A DNA stretch of 64,000 nt, taken from the NCBI GenBank assembly GCA_032718475.1, contig JAUCBJ010002695.1, positions 17,905-81,904 of the forward strand, written 5' to 3'. The number at the start of each line of letters is the position of its first letter. Within the stretch, counting starts at the first letter, position 1. A program made the position numbers and the translations under genes. The notes under the pieces were generated by a model that saw only the letters and a program-made list of their open reading frames with translations, was not told where the DNA came from and made no database searches. This document shows, piece by piece, positions 25,313-37,449 of this stretch. The stretch is from Nemertoderma westbladi. Its lineage: Eukaryota; Animalia; Xenacoelomorpha.

Positions 25313-25318
25313 GCTCAT

Positions 25319-27332
25319 AAGCCCAGACTTGCATTCAGCAAAGCAAAGTCGACACCGCCAGATTCAGCATCGGTCCCGAAACTCGAGTTGACAGCAGCGA
25401 GGTTAGGATTAAGGGCCACGGCCTACCTGATGGATGCTATTCCCAACATAGTGGAAACACACTACTGGACGGACTCCATGGTAGTGCTCGATTGGCTACA
25501 CAATGAAAGGACGAGATACCCTATATTCGTCGCGAATAGGGTGGACGAAATAAGGGCGATGACGAAGTTGGAAAGGTGGCACTACTGCCCAACGGACGAG
25601 AACCCAGCGGACTTGTTATTGTGGGGCATGGCACGCCACACTTTCTTGAAGAAGGAAGTATTGTGGCAGCACGGGCCACAATTCCTGAACGACAGAACAG
25701 CCTGGCCACCGATGAAGAAGGTGGACCCGGGCTCAGAGGAAGTAGCACTAGAGGAGGAGGGAGGAGACTCAGAAGGCGAGGAGATATATAGCCAGATGGT
25801 GAGGGAGATAAGGGACGTGCAACCAAAACCGGAAGAACTGTGCGATAACCCGACAGACAAACTCCTTAGATACAGCTCAAGTTGGTACAAGACCAAGAAG
25901 TTAGTGGCGTACTGGAGAGCCTTCGGGAACTTCCTAAAAGGGGTCGGCCAAGACACCAAGAACAAACCAAACGTCGATCTGGAGGGAGCGGCCAAGGCCG
26001 TAATCCTTTACGAACAAAGAAAGAGCTACGGCGACGAGGTGGAGCGAATCGGTAAACAGCAACATCTCCGACGGGACAGCGAGCTGATCGCGGTGTCGCC
26101 ACAACTCAATGATGATGGAATCTTAGTAATGAATTCTAGAGTGCTAAATAATAACAGCCTCATTATACCACCAAAACCCATCATCATCCCTAATAAATCG
26201 CCGATAGTGCACCAGATCATTTGGGACTCCCGCAAGTCGATATTGCACGGGGGCACCAACCGGACCCTCACGGAGATACGGAGGACCTTTTGGATCACAC
26301 AGTTGAGGAAGAAGGTAAAGGCGGTGGTGGAGCAGTGCCAGATCTGCCAATGGACGAGAAAGGAGCAGGCCTTACAGGAGATGGCGCCACTACTGGCCAG
26401 TAGGGTGAGACAGCACGACCCGCAATTCACACACTGCGGTGTAGATATGTTCGGGCCGATAAAGATTAAGGTGATGCGGCACACGGAGAAGCGCTACGGC
26501 ATTATCTTCGTATGTAATAACACGCCGGCGGTAGGGATAGAACTCGCCCAAGACGCAACCGCATCGGCATTCATCAATTCCCTAGAGAGGTTCAGAGACC
26601 GCAAAGGTGGGACGATCGCAGTAATGTACTCGGATAATGGAACCAACTTTGTGGGGGCAGAGAACGAGCTGGCAGAGGCCTTGGACATCCTGGAAGGGGA
26701 GGAAGTCAGGGCAGACGACGACAGGTGAAGTGGGAGAGGAGGACGCCGTATGCTCCGCATACTCTAGGATGCGTCGAGAGACTCGTGGGTAGTTCTAACC
26801 GTCTGATGACGAAGTTGATGAACACCCACATGGTAACAGAGGACGTACTAAGGACGGTACTAGCAAAGTGCGAGGGTATCATTAATAGCAGACCGCTATA
26901 CCCAGAAAATGATGACCCAGAATCATTAGATGTGCTGACGCCAGTCACTTTCTAATGGAGAGGCCGGCGAACATCGACATGTGGGGTGTAGACCCAGACG
27001 ATATACACTCCCGACAGAGTTGGAAAGTTGCTAAGGCGATAAGCGCGGAGCACTGGAGGAGGTGGGTCGAGGAATATCTACCCACGCTTCATAGGAGGAG
27101 CAAGTGGAGAAATACAAATAGGGAGTTGAAAGAGGGTGATCTGGTGATCGTCATGGACGATACCATCATCAACAACCAATGGAGATTGGCGAGAGTTGTG
27201 GGCACTTACTCCGATGAGGACGGAAGAGTCCGATCGGTAGAAGTGCGGATAGGTGGAAAGATAGGAGCGAAAGATAGGAAGACCTACAGGAGGGCTGTAG
27301 GGAAGTGTTGCCTTCTAGAGGGCGCACCATAG
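25319..27332 (+). pseudogene. BEL/Pao RNase H C-terminal half and integrase
   Basis: SKAK…VPKLELTAA; WTDSMVVL; FVANRV; NPAD; HGG…CQIC; GVDMFGP; SDNGTNF; ERLVG; INSRPL; WRRWVEEYL; WRLARV…DGRVRSV. Two frameshifts. Confidence 0.95.
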
Positions 27333-27439
27333 AGTTTAGTCGTCCAAGTGTTGGACTGAGGGGGGTGGGATTGAGGGCGAGATGCCCTTCCTACACACAA
27401 AATATAAAAAAAAATAATAAATAAAGAAAGAGAAAGTAA

Positions 27440-29225
27440 TAGTACGTAGTAAGTAAGTAGGCAGATAGAAGTTAGTTAGTAAGAGGGTACGTAGTACCGT
27501 TAGTAAATTTAGTTAGTAAGAGGGTACGTAGTACCGTTAGTAAAGTTAGTTAGTAAGAGGGTACGTAGTACCGTTAGTAAAGTTAGTTAGTAAGAGGGTA
27601 CGTAGTACCGTTAGTAAAGTTAGTAAGAGGGTACGTAGTACCGTTAGTAAAGTTAGTTAGTAAGAGGGTATGTAGTACCGTCAGTAAAGTTAGTTAGCAA
27701 GAGGGTACGTAGTACTGTTAGTAGAGTTAGTTAGTAAGAGGGTACATAGTACCAGTCTCAGTCACGGCCCAATCTCCTCCAATGAACGCAGTCTGTTCGC
27801 CCTTTCCCCACGGATGGCAGGAATGGGACTGCGGAATCCCGCAACCGAGGCCCCACATTCATATGCCGTATCACGGGCGGGAACCAGATCCCTTGCCGAG
27901 GCCATTTTGGGACACCGCGAGTTCTCCAACGCGCAACACCTCGGTTGTCTACAGAGTGCAAGGAAGGAAGGACGGGAGCAGCAGCTTGGGAGAGAGAAAT
28001 CCAACTTGGAAGCTGTGCTGGAGGAACTGCAACTGGACCGCCGGCGGACTGTACAACGTACCGCCGACTTCCGTTCGAGTGGGTGGATCTCCTTCCTGCC
28101 CATGGCCGACCACCAGATGGACTTGTCCCCCCTGGAGTTCCGGGATGCGCTGGCGATCCGATACGGCCGCCCCCTGGCGGCAGTGCCAAGCCAGTGTGAT
28201 GGGTGCGGGGCCGCCTTCAATTTAAACCACGGTTTAAATTGTAAAAATGGCGGCCTCGTTATACAGCGCCATAACGAACTACGGGACGTGGTTGGAGACC
28301 TCTCGGCTATGGCTTTCGGACCTCGAAACGTAGTCTGTGAGCCGGTTGTCCGCGAGCAGCAGGGAGTGGAGGGTGCCGCAGGTCTTCGGTGCGATGTGGG
28401 GATACGGGGTGCGCTAAACCCACAGACCCAGGCGTTGATAGACATTCGGGTTATCAACCTTGACGCCGGGTCCTATGAGGGTCCCAATGTCTATCCTCAA
28501 GTCGGCCGAAGACCAAAAGAAGCGGCTGTACGCGGAAGCAGTGACGGTACGACGGGGCGACTTCTCCCCATTTGTTGCGTCCTGTGACGGCGTACTCGCT
28601 CCGCAGGCAAACCACCTCCTCCGTATCTTGGCTGATAGGCTGCACCGTTCCTGGGGGCGACCTTTCAGCACCATGATGGGCTGGGTCCGAACTCGCGTCC
28701 AGTTCGCGATAATACGCGGGGCCTCCCATTGTCTACGGGGCTCACGGGTGAAGTGGAGAAGTGGGCAGGGGTTTGAGGATGGTGCTGGGCTGCCAAGCAG
28801 TATTTAGAACAGCTTTGGAGCCTTGGCTGTACTGCTATCTTTAGACAATCAATATTAATGCTAATATCTCTTTTACTTAACGTTTGTATCTCTTTGCGTT
28901 AATGTGACTTGATTTCTTAACTAAATGCTTGTAATGTGCAGCTTCAAAATGTCTAATATTATTAATATACTGAGTGAGTTAGTACGTAGTACCAGTTAGT
29001 AAGAGTTAGTTGGAGAGTTAGTTAGTAAGAGGGTACGTAGTACCGGTTAGTAAGAGTTAGTTGGAGAGTTAGTTAGTAAGAGGGTACGTAGTACTGGTTA
29101 GTAAGAGTTAGTTGCAGAGTTAGTTAGTAGTAGGAGGGTACGTAGTACCGGTTAGTAAGAGTTAGTTGGAGAGTTAGTTAGTGAGAGGGTACGTATAGTA
29201 CCGTTAGTAGTAAGAGTTAGTGGTA
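27440..29225. repeat. 37- to 47-bp tandem array (AAGAGGGTACGTAGTACCGTTAGTAAAGTTAGTTAGT), split by an insertion at 27757-28975
   Basis: Units start at 27481, 27518, 27555 and onward, and resume near 28976 with longer units. Confidence 0.92.
27757..28975 (+). mobile_element. 5'-truncated CRE-like non-LTR retrotransposon (Zn knuckle and restriction-like endonuclease)
   Basis: SSGWISFLP…FRDALAIRYG; CDGCG…HGLNC; RHNELRD; RCDV…IDIRV; E.QKKRLY; FSPFV. One frameshift near 28480; AT-rich 3' UTR. Confidence 0.88.
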
Positions 29226-29735
29226 GGAGGATATTTATAATATAGTATATGGTAAGAATTAGTAGAAATCAGTTGGGAAGTCAGTAGAGTTAGTGGTAGG
29301 TAGCGAGAGGGGGGCACATGGGTACAGCTGGATAAATCGTGTAGGCCACACGATACATACTGCTGTACTGCACAGACCCATAGAGTAGTCTAGAAGATGG
29401 ATTACAAAGTAGAATAATCCATTACCAGACATTGTGTTATCAATGTTGTAGGATAAAATAAAATATTTGAATTAAATAAAACAGAAAATTAGACAAATTA
29501 TGGTAACAGTAGGAGAAATATTCTGGAACATAATTAAAGTAACGGACAGAATTACGAAATTTAGTAGAATTTGGCACTTTTAGAAAATTAGGGTAGGAAA
29601 ATTAGGCGATAACCTAACGTACAGTGAGAAATAGGCCATTATCGGACAGTACAGACCATCGAAACCACATCACTCATTTATTATTGTGCCTTGGCAAGGC
29701 CCCACCTTATAGGTGAGCGATCGGAAGAGTTGGAA

Positions 29736-32053
29736 ATGGCAGAGAAACTGGTCAGAAAGAGAAAGGCGGAGTTGGGAGGGAAGGAGATACTGGTGGATTT
29801 CACCGAGAGGCATCCGGAAGAAAATATGAGGGGATACTATGAGCGGTTAGAGAGGGGTAACAAAACGAGAGCGCTGCAGGACCATTTCAGGGAGGTGCAC
29901 AAACAGCGACTGGTCGGGACCTACGGGACACCGTCACTAGACAATGCGATCTTCGAGCATTTCCACTACGTGGTGAAGGGAGACGAGGCGAAGTTCGGGA
30001 TACCGAAGTACGCAAAGGAGCCACCGAGAAAGGATTGGAAGAGGTTCGTAGAGTCCGTCAGCAGGGGAGGATACATGGTCCTAGACGATGAGGGGACCGT
30101 GGAAGTGGAGGAAGGTTCGAGAAGAGGGTCGACAGGGTCGGCCAGAACCATACTCCTGCATTTGGCCGCACCAAATGGGGATATATTCCTGTTCGATCTA
30201 GGGACGTATGGAAAGAAGAACGGACCGAAGTTGAACCGACTGCCAAAAGCGGTGCAGAGTCTAGTAAGGGAGAAGTCGACGATAAAGGTGGGATCGGCGA
30301 TCCGCGACGATGCGGAGAGGATCATCGGTCCGGAGACCCCCAACCTCCTGGATACGCAAACAGTCTACATGGCTATGACGGCGCCAGACGGGTTGGGACT
30401 AGTGGAGAACGCAGGCCATTGTGGAGCGGTGGCGATGGGCCAGCTAATGGAGCTCGTATGCCACAAACCAATGGACTGGGGTAAATTCAGGGAGGAGTAT
30501 GGAGCGGAGTTGGCAAACTCGCTGAAGTGGGGAGCGAGGCCGGGGAAGCAAGAGGTGTATCAATTCCAGAGAGGCGCGATAAAGGTATATCAGAAGCAAT
30601 ATATCCTGCAGGAGAACTGGATTATGATAGGTTTGCTAAACCTATTCATCAGAGAGAACCAACAGCATTCCTGCTATCGAGATCACCCCTGAACTACAGA
30701 AGAGCCTTCAGAGTGGCTTTCGAGGGTCTGGTAGACCACCCGGGGCTGAAGGGCGAGTCGGTGTATTATAACTGCCGACATCTAGTAGACAGGGATGTGG
30801 ATATGCCATATCAGAGGTGGGAGCAGCTAGAGGCGGATAGACGAGAAGCGAAGCGATTGGAAGAAATCGCTAGACGAGAAAGGAGAGAGGCAGAAGAAAG
30901 GGAGGAGGCAGATAGGGCAGAGAGCTACGGGTTCGAGGAACAGGCGGCCTTAGACGAACTTCATTGGACATCATCAGCGAGTTCAGGTGAGTCTCTAGGG
31001 CGAGAGTTGGGGTGGACGGTAGGGTCACCGAAACAGTCAACATCGGGACTGCATGCGACGCCCATACCAGCGGGCGCCGAGGGCGATTTCGCGCAGAGGA
31101 GACCGGGGGAGCTGGAAGGATGGAAGATCACGGGCGAGAGCCAAGGTGGGAAAGGACACGGTGGATCCACCGGGATACCGGGATTGGAGCCACTCCCATA
31201 GGAGGACGAGGATGACGACGAGTTCGGAGAGATGCCGCCCATCGGGAGGATCGGCCACTCTGACATGGACTGGGTTGGCGGGAGGGTGGTGACGGCCAGT
31301 GGGGCGAGAGCCTTCTAGGATAGACCCGTCAAGCGGGCCTGGGTGCATGAGGAGCCGGTGATGGATTTCGCGGGGAGCACCATCAGGTTGGGCGAGCAAC
31401 CGGGAATGGCACCACGAGTAATATTCGGAGAGACGATGCCCAGGAGGGGCGAGGAGATAGACGTGGACAGGGACGCTAACGTCCAAAAGTTCGCTTACCA
31501 GCGACTCCACAGACCGAGGAGATCGCTTGGGACGAAAGACGATGTGGGGCGGGAGACATTGGTGCTCGGCTGCAATTACTGCGGGAGGCAAACTCACCAG
31601 GAAAGGAGCTGTTTGTACCGATTCCAGAAAGGGACTAGTTGTCTCTACTGCCGCGAGTCGAGCCACAGGATGGGGGCGTGTCCAAGGTTGCACAACCGGT
31701 GTTCCAAGTGGAACTTCCAGGGGCACTACTGACGCCAGTGCAACTGGATGGACGATGAGGAGAAGTTTAGGATCTTCGAGGAATGGGCCGATGTCGGCGC
31801 CATGACGCGGCAGCGTATGAAGGCCCAGGAATTCTGGTGGGGCTTCTTTAATATCAACCGGGAGGCCCACCTGGAGATTATTAAACGGAGACTTCCGTTT
31901 ACCTACCAGGAGGTGTCAACGGCGGTGTCGTATGCCAGGGTGATAAATACGCCAAAGGGGGAAGCAACAGGGCCATTCGTAGGGGCCACCCGCGAAGCGA
32001 TACCGGGAGCTGATAACACCAGCGCCCAAGGAGTCGACAATGGGAATAAGTAG
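29736..32053 (+). pseudogene. Accessory ORF of the BEL/Pao element: DEDDy 3'-5' exonuclease-like domain, coiled coil and three CCHC zinc knuckles
   Basis: VLDDEG (ExoI), LLHLA…IFLFDL, LPKAVQSLV…KVGSAIRDD (ExoII), LLDTQ, QKQYILQE (ExoIII-like); CNYCGRQTHQERSC, CLYCRESSHRMGAC, CSKWNFQGHY*RQC. One frameshift near 30680 and three stops. Confidence 0.75.
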
Positions 32054-34309
32054 AGAGCTAACGGCGAAGGTCAGAAACTTAAAAGGGGATAAGAACAAGG
32101 GAGCGGCAACGACCAGGAAACAACCAAGAGAGGAGGACGATAGAGGGAAGGAGTTGAGATGGTTCCCAAAGTCAGGTGGAACGAACTAAGACTTGGCTAA
32201 TACCAGAACCTAAGTGATACGAACTCCTAAGTGCAAATTTAATTAAAAGTGCAATTAGTATGTACGTATGTAATAATCATCAGCATAGTCGCATAGCAAA
32301 TTTATAATCAAAGTAAGTACTATAGTCTTATAACCTTTTCCAATTAGCTACTGGGATTGGGGACCAATTGACTATGACAGGCCAAAGACATTAGATGACT
32401 TCACACTTCTTGAGTGCGACGGCACAGGAGGGGAGGGTGAGGCCCGTCAGGAGTGAGTAGGTGAGATAAATGTTGAGTACAGGACGCGCGGAGAGAGTGC
32501 GGGTCCAATTCAAGTAATTCAAGTATGGGGGGGGGAGGAGTAAGAGTTAGAGTGGAGTTAGAGTGGAAGAGAAGTTAGAGTGGAGTTAGAGTGGAGAGAG
32601 TGTTGTTGAAACAAAATTCTGTGAGAGAAACCACAATTGGCTCGACACCGAGACGCCAGATGTCTTGGTGCAACATAGGTGAAGTTGCACCAAGAGAGGG
32701 TAGAAATATCATACCCATAGGGAGCGGCCTGGAAAGCCGACTCCAAGAAAATAACTCCACCCCACACACGGTAGTAGACCGGATTCCAGCGGAATTGAAG
32801 CGCACTCGAGGTTGATGCTATCTTCTCACCGGGAAGATAGCATGGGGGGAGTGTTAGCGGATTCAATTCCGCTAACCACCCCATAAAAGCCGGGAAACGG
32901 CGCCTTTAAGCAATACTGGGAAGCACGAGGTTGATTACCAATCAACCTCGTATCACCCCCAATAAACGGGGACGACAAACCCCAAAGGGCCGTATACAAT
33001 AGGGGTCAGAGGTTAAGCCTCCGGGAAAGGGAAAGTACAGTAGCAAAGGGGGAAACACTACCACAGAGGTGTGAGCCCAGAATTAGGTTGTTGGCCAATG
33101 GGGGGCAAGCATCGACTGAGTAGTAAGGCCACAAAGTAGGTAATCAATATATTTTACCGGTTGGTGTCATATCACAGTTAGTTTACTCAGTCAGTTAGGG
33201 CAGTACGGTAACATTTTATTACCGTAACCGCCGTCACCAACTATTCTATATCACCAGTTGTCTGCCATTTATTCAATATCTATCAACTGTGTTATCTGTT
33301 CTTTAATCATATACTATATTTTATATTCACCAATAATATCGGAATGACAATAAACCCATTTTCACTCACACGGCAGGGACCCGTAAATAAACTAAAACCG
33401 GTCGGGATCCTGTGACCCCGTCACACAGATATAAGCCTACAACAGCTATGAGTATTTATGTCATTATATCTTCTGTCACCTGAGATAATAAGTAATACAA
33501 CATTTATAGTATAGAGTCAATAGGAATTGAAATACAGGCAGTGTGGTTGGAGTTATGTCTGTGTTGCTATAGCAATACTACTGGCTGCCTATTACAGTAC
33601 AATTCCCCTCTGCCCTGGTAAGGCTACACCAACATCTCCCAGACAGCTAGCAGCTCTACAGTACACTCCCGCAGAGACTATGTTGACCAATAATGGGAAG
33701 TATTATATTTTACTCAATAATTGTGCCGCTTTAATAACGTTTAGATCAATTAAAGATCCATTTATTAAAGCAAATCATTTGAACTAATAATGGAATGTAT
33801 AACTTTTATAGAACTATAATGGAATGTTGTATGGGGATTACAGCTGTATAACTTTTAAGTGTAATTATTTAAATCTTATACTAGAAAATAATTAATATCC
33901 TTTAAGGAGGCAGGTTGAAATTTATGTTGTTACCCTAATCAACTTAATTAACTAATTAACTGCTATTATCTTAGCTTCTCGAAGGCCGAAAATTCAACTT
34001 GGAAAATTTCTAAACTTTGGCCAGACTATATGTGTACCAAGTTTGGTTAAATTTCGTTAACATTTGGCTGAGTTATTAACGTTTAAAATTGGACACGACA
34101 GAACGACAGAACGACAGAACAACAGATCAACAGAACAACAGACACACCAATTGAGTTAGTGGTACCTGTATGCTAAGCTCGCGTACTTTCGTCGCTCGCC
34201 CCACAGGCCACCAGAAAACGCAGATTTGTACAATTGTGAACACATTTTATCAAATGTGTACCAGTGTAATGTAATGTTGTTGAACGGGACAATTGAACAT
34301 AATTGAAGA

Positions 34310-35797
34310 CGTTCGTGGGGCCATCGCGCAGGACGAGGCTCAGTTATCAGATACAGATTAAAATTAAGCGATTGTATCACAAAATCAGGTTTTGAGAAAT
34401 TTACCCACACCACCAATCAATCAAAGAAAGGGGGACAGTACGTGTTCACCCCTTTTAATTCCCCCCCCCCCCCCCCCCCCACCCTTCCCACCCACCAATA
34501 CATAACCGCGACATCTACCACCCACGGAATGGTAGCACGAACTTATTTCCAATCGCACGTTCAATATGCAAAGCCAGGTGGTTTATAGGAATATAATAAA
34601 CGCAGTACTCGTCTTCATTATAAGCCTCGTTGCGTTCGTCCTGTTTTGTATTTAAATATATTTCTTAAACGCAGGCTGACGATCTTTATAATAATAATAA
34701 CTAGGGATGCGTTCAATATGTGAAGCCAGGAGGTTTATATAATAATAATAGTCAACGCATTACTCGTCTTCATTATAAGTCTCGTTGTGCTCGTCCTGTT
34801 TTGTATTTAAATATATTTCTTAAACGCAGGCTGACAATCTTTATAATAATAATAACTAGGGATGCGTTCAATATGTGAAGCCAGGTGGTTTATATAATAA
34901 TAATAGTCAACGCAGTACTCGTCTTCATTATAAGCCTCGTTGTGCTTGTCCTGTTTTGTATTTAAATATATTTCTTAAACGCAGGCTGACGACCAGTACT
35001 TTATAACTACCGATGCCTTCAATAGGCGAAGCCAGGTATGGTTTATAGGAATATAAAAAACGCACTAGGCAGTACTCGTATGAATTATTATAAACGTCGT
35101 TGTGCTCGTCCTATTTTGTGTTTAAACATATTTCCTAAACGCAGACTGACGGACGATCTCTATAACTACTGATGCCTTCAATAGGCGAAGCCAGGTATGG
35201 TTAATAGGAATATAGTCTACACAGTACTCGTCTTCATTATATGCCTCGTTGCGGTCGTCGCTCGTCCTGTTTTGCATTAAAATATTTTTCCTAAACCAAG
35301 ACTGACGATCTTTATACAGTTATAACTATGCGAAGTTTTGAAACTGTGCGAGTAACTGCTGATACATCTATGTGGAGATGTGTGATACAACGCCAACGCA
35401 TCGTATGCCGATGGAGTAATATGGGTATTGAAATAATATTAAATCAATGTACATTGTACACTCTTAAAGCTGCAGCGAAAAAATTTAGATAATTTCCTTG
35501 GTTACATATCAAATAATAATATTATTTTTAAGAACATTAATTTTACTACTTTGCAAAAATTCAATTAAAAAATAACCAGACAAATATATTGCGGAATAAA
35601 CTATTTCAGATATAAGCCTACAACAGTAATTATATCTTCTGTCACCTGAGATAGTAAGTAATACAACATTTATAGTATAGAGTCAATAGGAATTGAAATA
35701 CAGGCAGTGTATGGTTGGAGTTATGTCTGGGTTGGCATAGCAATAATACTGGCTGCCTATTACAGTACAATTCGCCTCTGGTAAGGCTACACCAACA
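34310..35797 (+). repeat. Copy 2 of the duplicated host segment, with ~155-bp subrepeats (~5 copies, 34560-35320); resumes at 40564-40660
   Basis: Collinear with copy 1 and lacks both LTR elements. Confidence 0.9.
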
Positions 35798-35916
35798 ATT
35801 GATTAATGAAAGACTGTGTAGCCATAGGTTGTAACAGTAATCCTGTACTGATAACCTGTGTACTGTACTGACTTTGATTTATCTGTATATGATATACCTG
35901 ACTTTGGATCCGGAGG

Positions 35917-37326
35917 ATGGTTACACCTCAAACAAGCGATTCTTCCGGCGAAGAATCAGATTCTATAGCATTAATATCGGATCGCGATACCGGTACGGGT
36001 ACGGCAGATACAACGGCCTCGGCGACGAACACATCCGATATCGAATTACTGCGCGCAGTGTCGAGAGGCAAGCAGAAAACTAAATCCCCAAAGAAACGAC
36101 CTATAACCAAGGCGATTCGGAATGACACCAAAGCCGCAACTGGCACCGGACGGGGGCCTACACTGGCACTGACGGATAAACGGAAATTATCCCGAGTTAT
36201 CAAGAAACCGAATGAATCCCCAACAATCCGCAACAGTTCCCAGAGGCCTACTACTACCGTGACCGGATGCATGCCGTTGGCTTCACCTAAAACTCACACT
36301 CCGACCTCGGAGCTTGAGCAGTCTGGAGCAACGGCCAACGATACAGGGAACGATTCGAGTAGTATTTGCCCTCACTGTAATAAGAAAGTTGGGTCAACAA
36401 ACCCATTACGCTGTGATATTTGCGTAAAACTGATTCATTGTTCTTGTTTGAATATAACCGAGATTGAAGCTACTCTGATATCAAAGTGCAAAAACTGCAA
36501 AATAATGTGCAACCTGTGCGACTCCGACGGGAAATCGTTCAGTCGTCACTCAACAAGTTTGGCGGAAGAGGTTAAACAGGTGGTTGTTTCACAGATGACA
36601 GGGTTTAGAGACAGTCTGGATACATTGCGAAAGGAGGTCCGCGAGCTAAAAACTGGTGGACGGGCCGACAATCCCGAGTTCGAGGAGGTCTCGGACTTGG
36701 ACACGGACGAGGAGGATGGAGTCGAGTGGATTATCCCGAAGGATAAACGGCGCTCAAAAACAAAAAGGAAGAAAGCCCCAACACCATTCGCACAAGTAGT
36801 GCAGGATTCGGTACGAGAGGCTTTAGAAATACAGACGAAACATGATCAAGTTAAGAGAGAAGTTATAGTCTCCTGATTGGAGGAATCTAAATCCCCGAAG
36901 GATGAAAGGAAGACTATCTCAGATATCTGTACCGTGGCAGGTGTAAGCCCAAATACAGTTACAGACATAGTTCGCCTTGGTCGACCGGTGGATAAAAGGA
37001 ACAGGTTGTTAAAATTGACCTTCACTACGGAACAAGATGCCAGAGACTTTCGGGTAGGTTTCAATGATTCGAAAAGCTCGGAGACTCCATCCATATACGA
37101 TAAACTTACGGTACGCCCGAGCCGGACAGAGGAAACCGAACGCCATATCCGTTCTCAACGGAAGATAGTGAGTCGAATGAACAAAGAGATAAAAGATAGC
37201 AATGAGGACAATACTACTTCCAGCTACAGCATCCGCCCCGATGGTACGATATGGAAGTTCGTAAAGCAGGACGATGGTTACTGGAGACGTGATCGCTCTT
37301 GGAAACAGGAGCGGGAAAACGAGTAA
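35917..37326 (+). pseudogene. LINE ORF1 with a PHD finger, coiled coil and RRM-like region; TGA at 36874
   Basis: CPHC…CDIC…IHCSC…CNLC; VIVS*LEES; IVRLGR…RLLKLTF. Confidence 0.88.
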
Positions 37327-37449
37327 GGGGAGAAACGCGCCAGATTTATCAGCGCAAACAGTCGAACGCAACCAAATCCGACTCACGGCGAAATGAACAA
37401 CCCAAATCTGGTAATCGCTACCACAAGCGAAATAATCAATCTGCCCCTA

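Larger units (their letters stand above)
16479..33425 (+). mobile_element. BEL/Pao LTR retrotransposon, ~17 kb including nested insertions, with an extra 3' ORF
   Basis: LTRs at 16479-17044 and 32852-33425 (TG…CA). TSD CAGAT. PPT GGGGGGAG before the 3' LTR. Empty site TTTCAGATATAAG near 35604. Confidence 0.96.

Noticed and set aside
1-29225. The 24-bp and 37-bp arrays as CRISPR arrays
   Set aside because: They are head-to-tail units without unique spacers, there are no cas genes, and the context is eukaryotic.
27440-29225. TTAG-rich array as telomeric repeat
   Set aside because: There is no (TTAGG)n or (TTAGGG)n run; it is a 37-bp composite unit internal to an LTR element.
29691-32053. The extra BEL ORF as an env gene
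   Set aside because: I see no signal peptide or transmembrane helix; the motifs are exonuclease-like and CCHC.
3592-36876. UGA-to-Gly recoding, since TGA sits at expected Gly positions in Merlin (DPES*AH) and LINE ORF1 (IVS*LEE)
   Set aside because: Single G-to-T changes explain both. Other interruptions are TAG, TAA and frameshifts at assorted residues, consistent with neutral decay.
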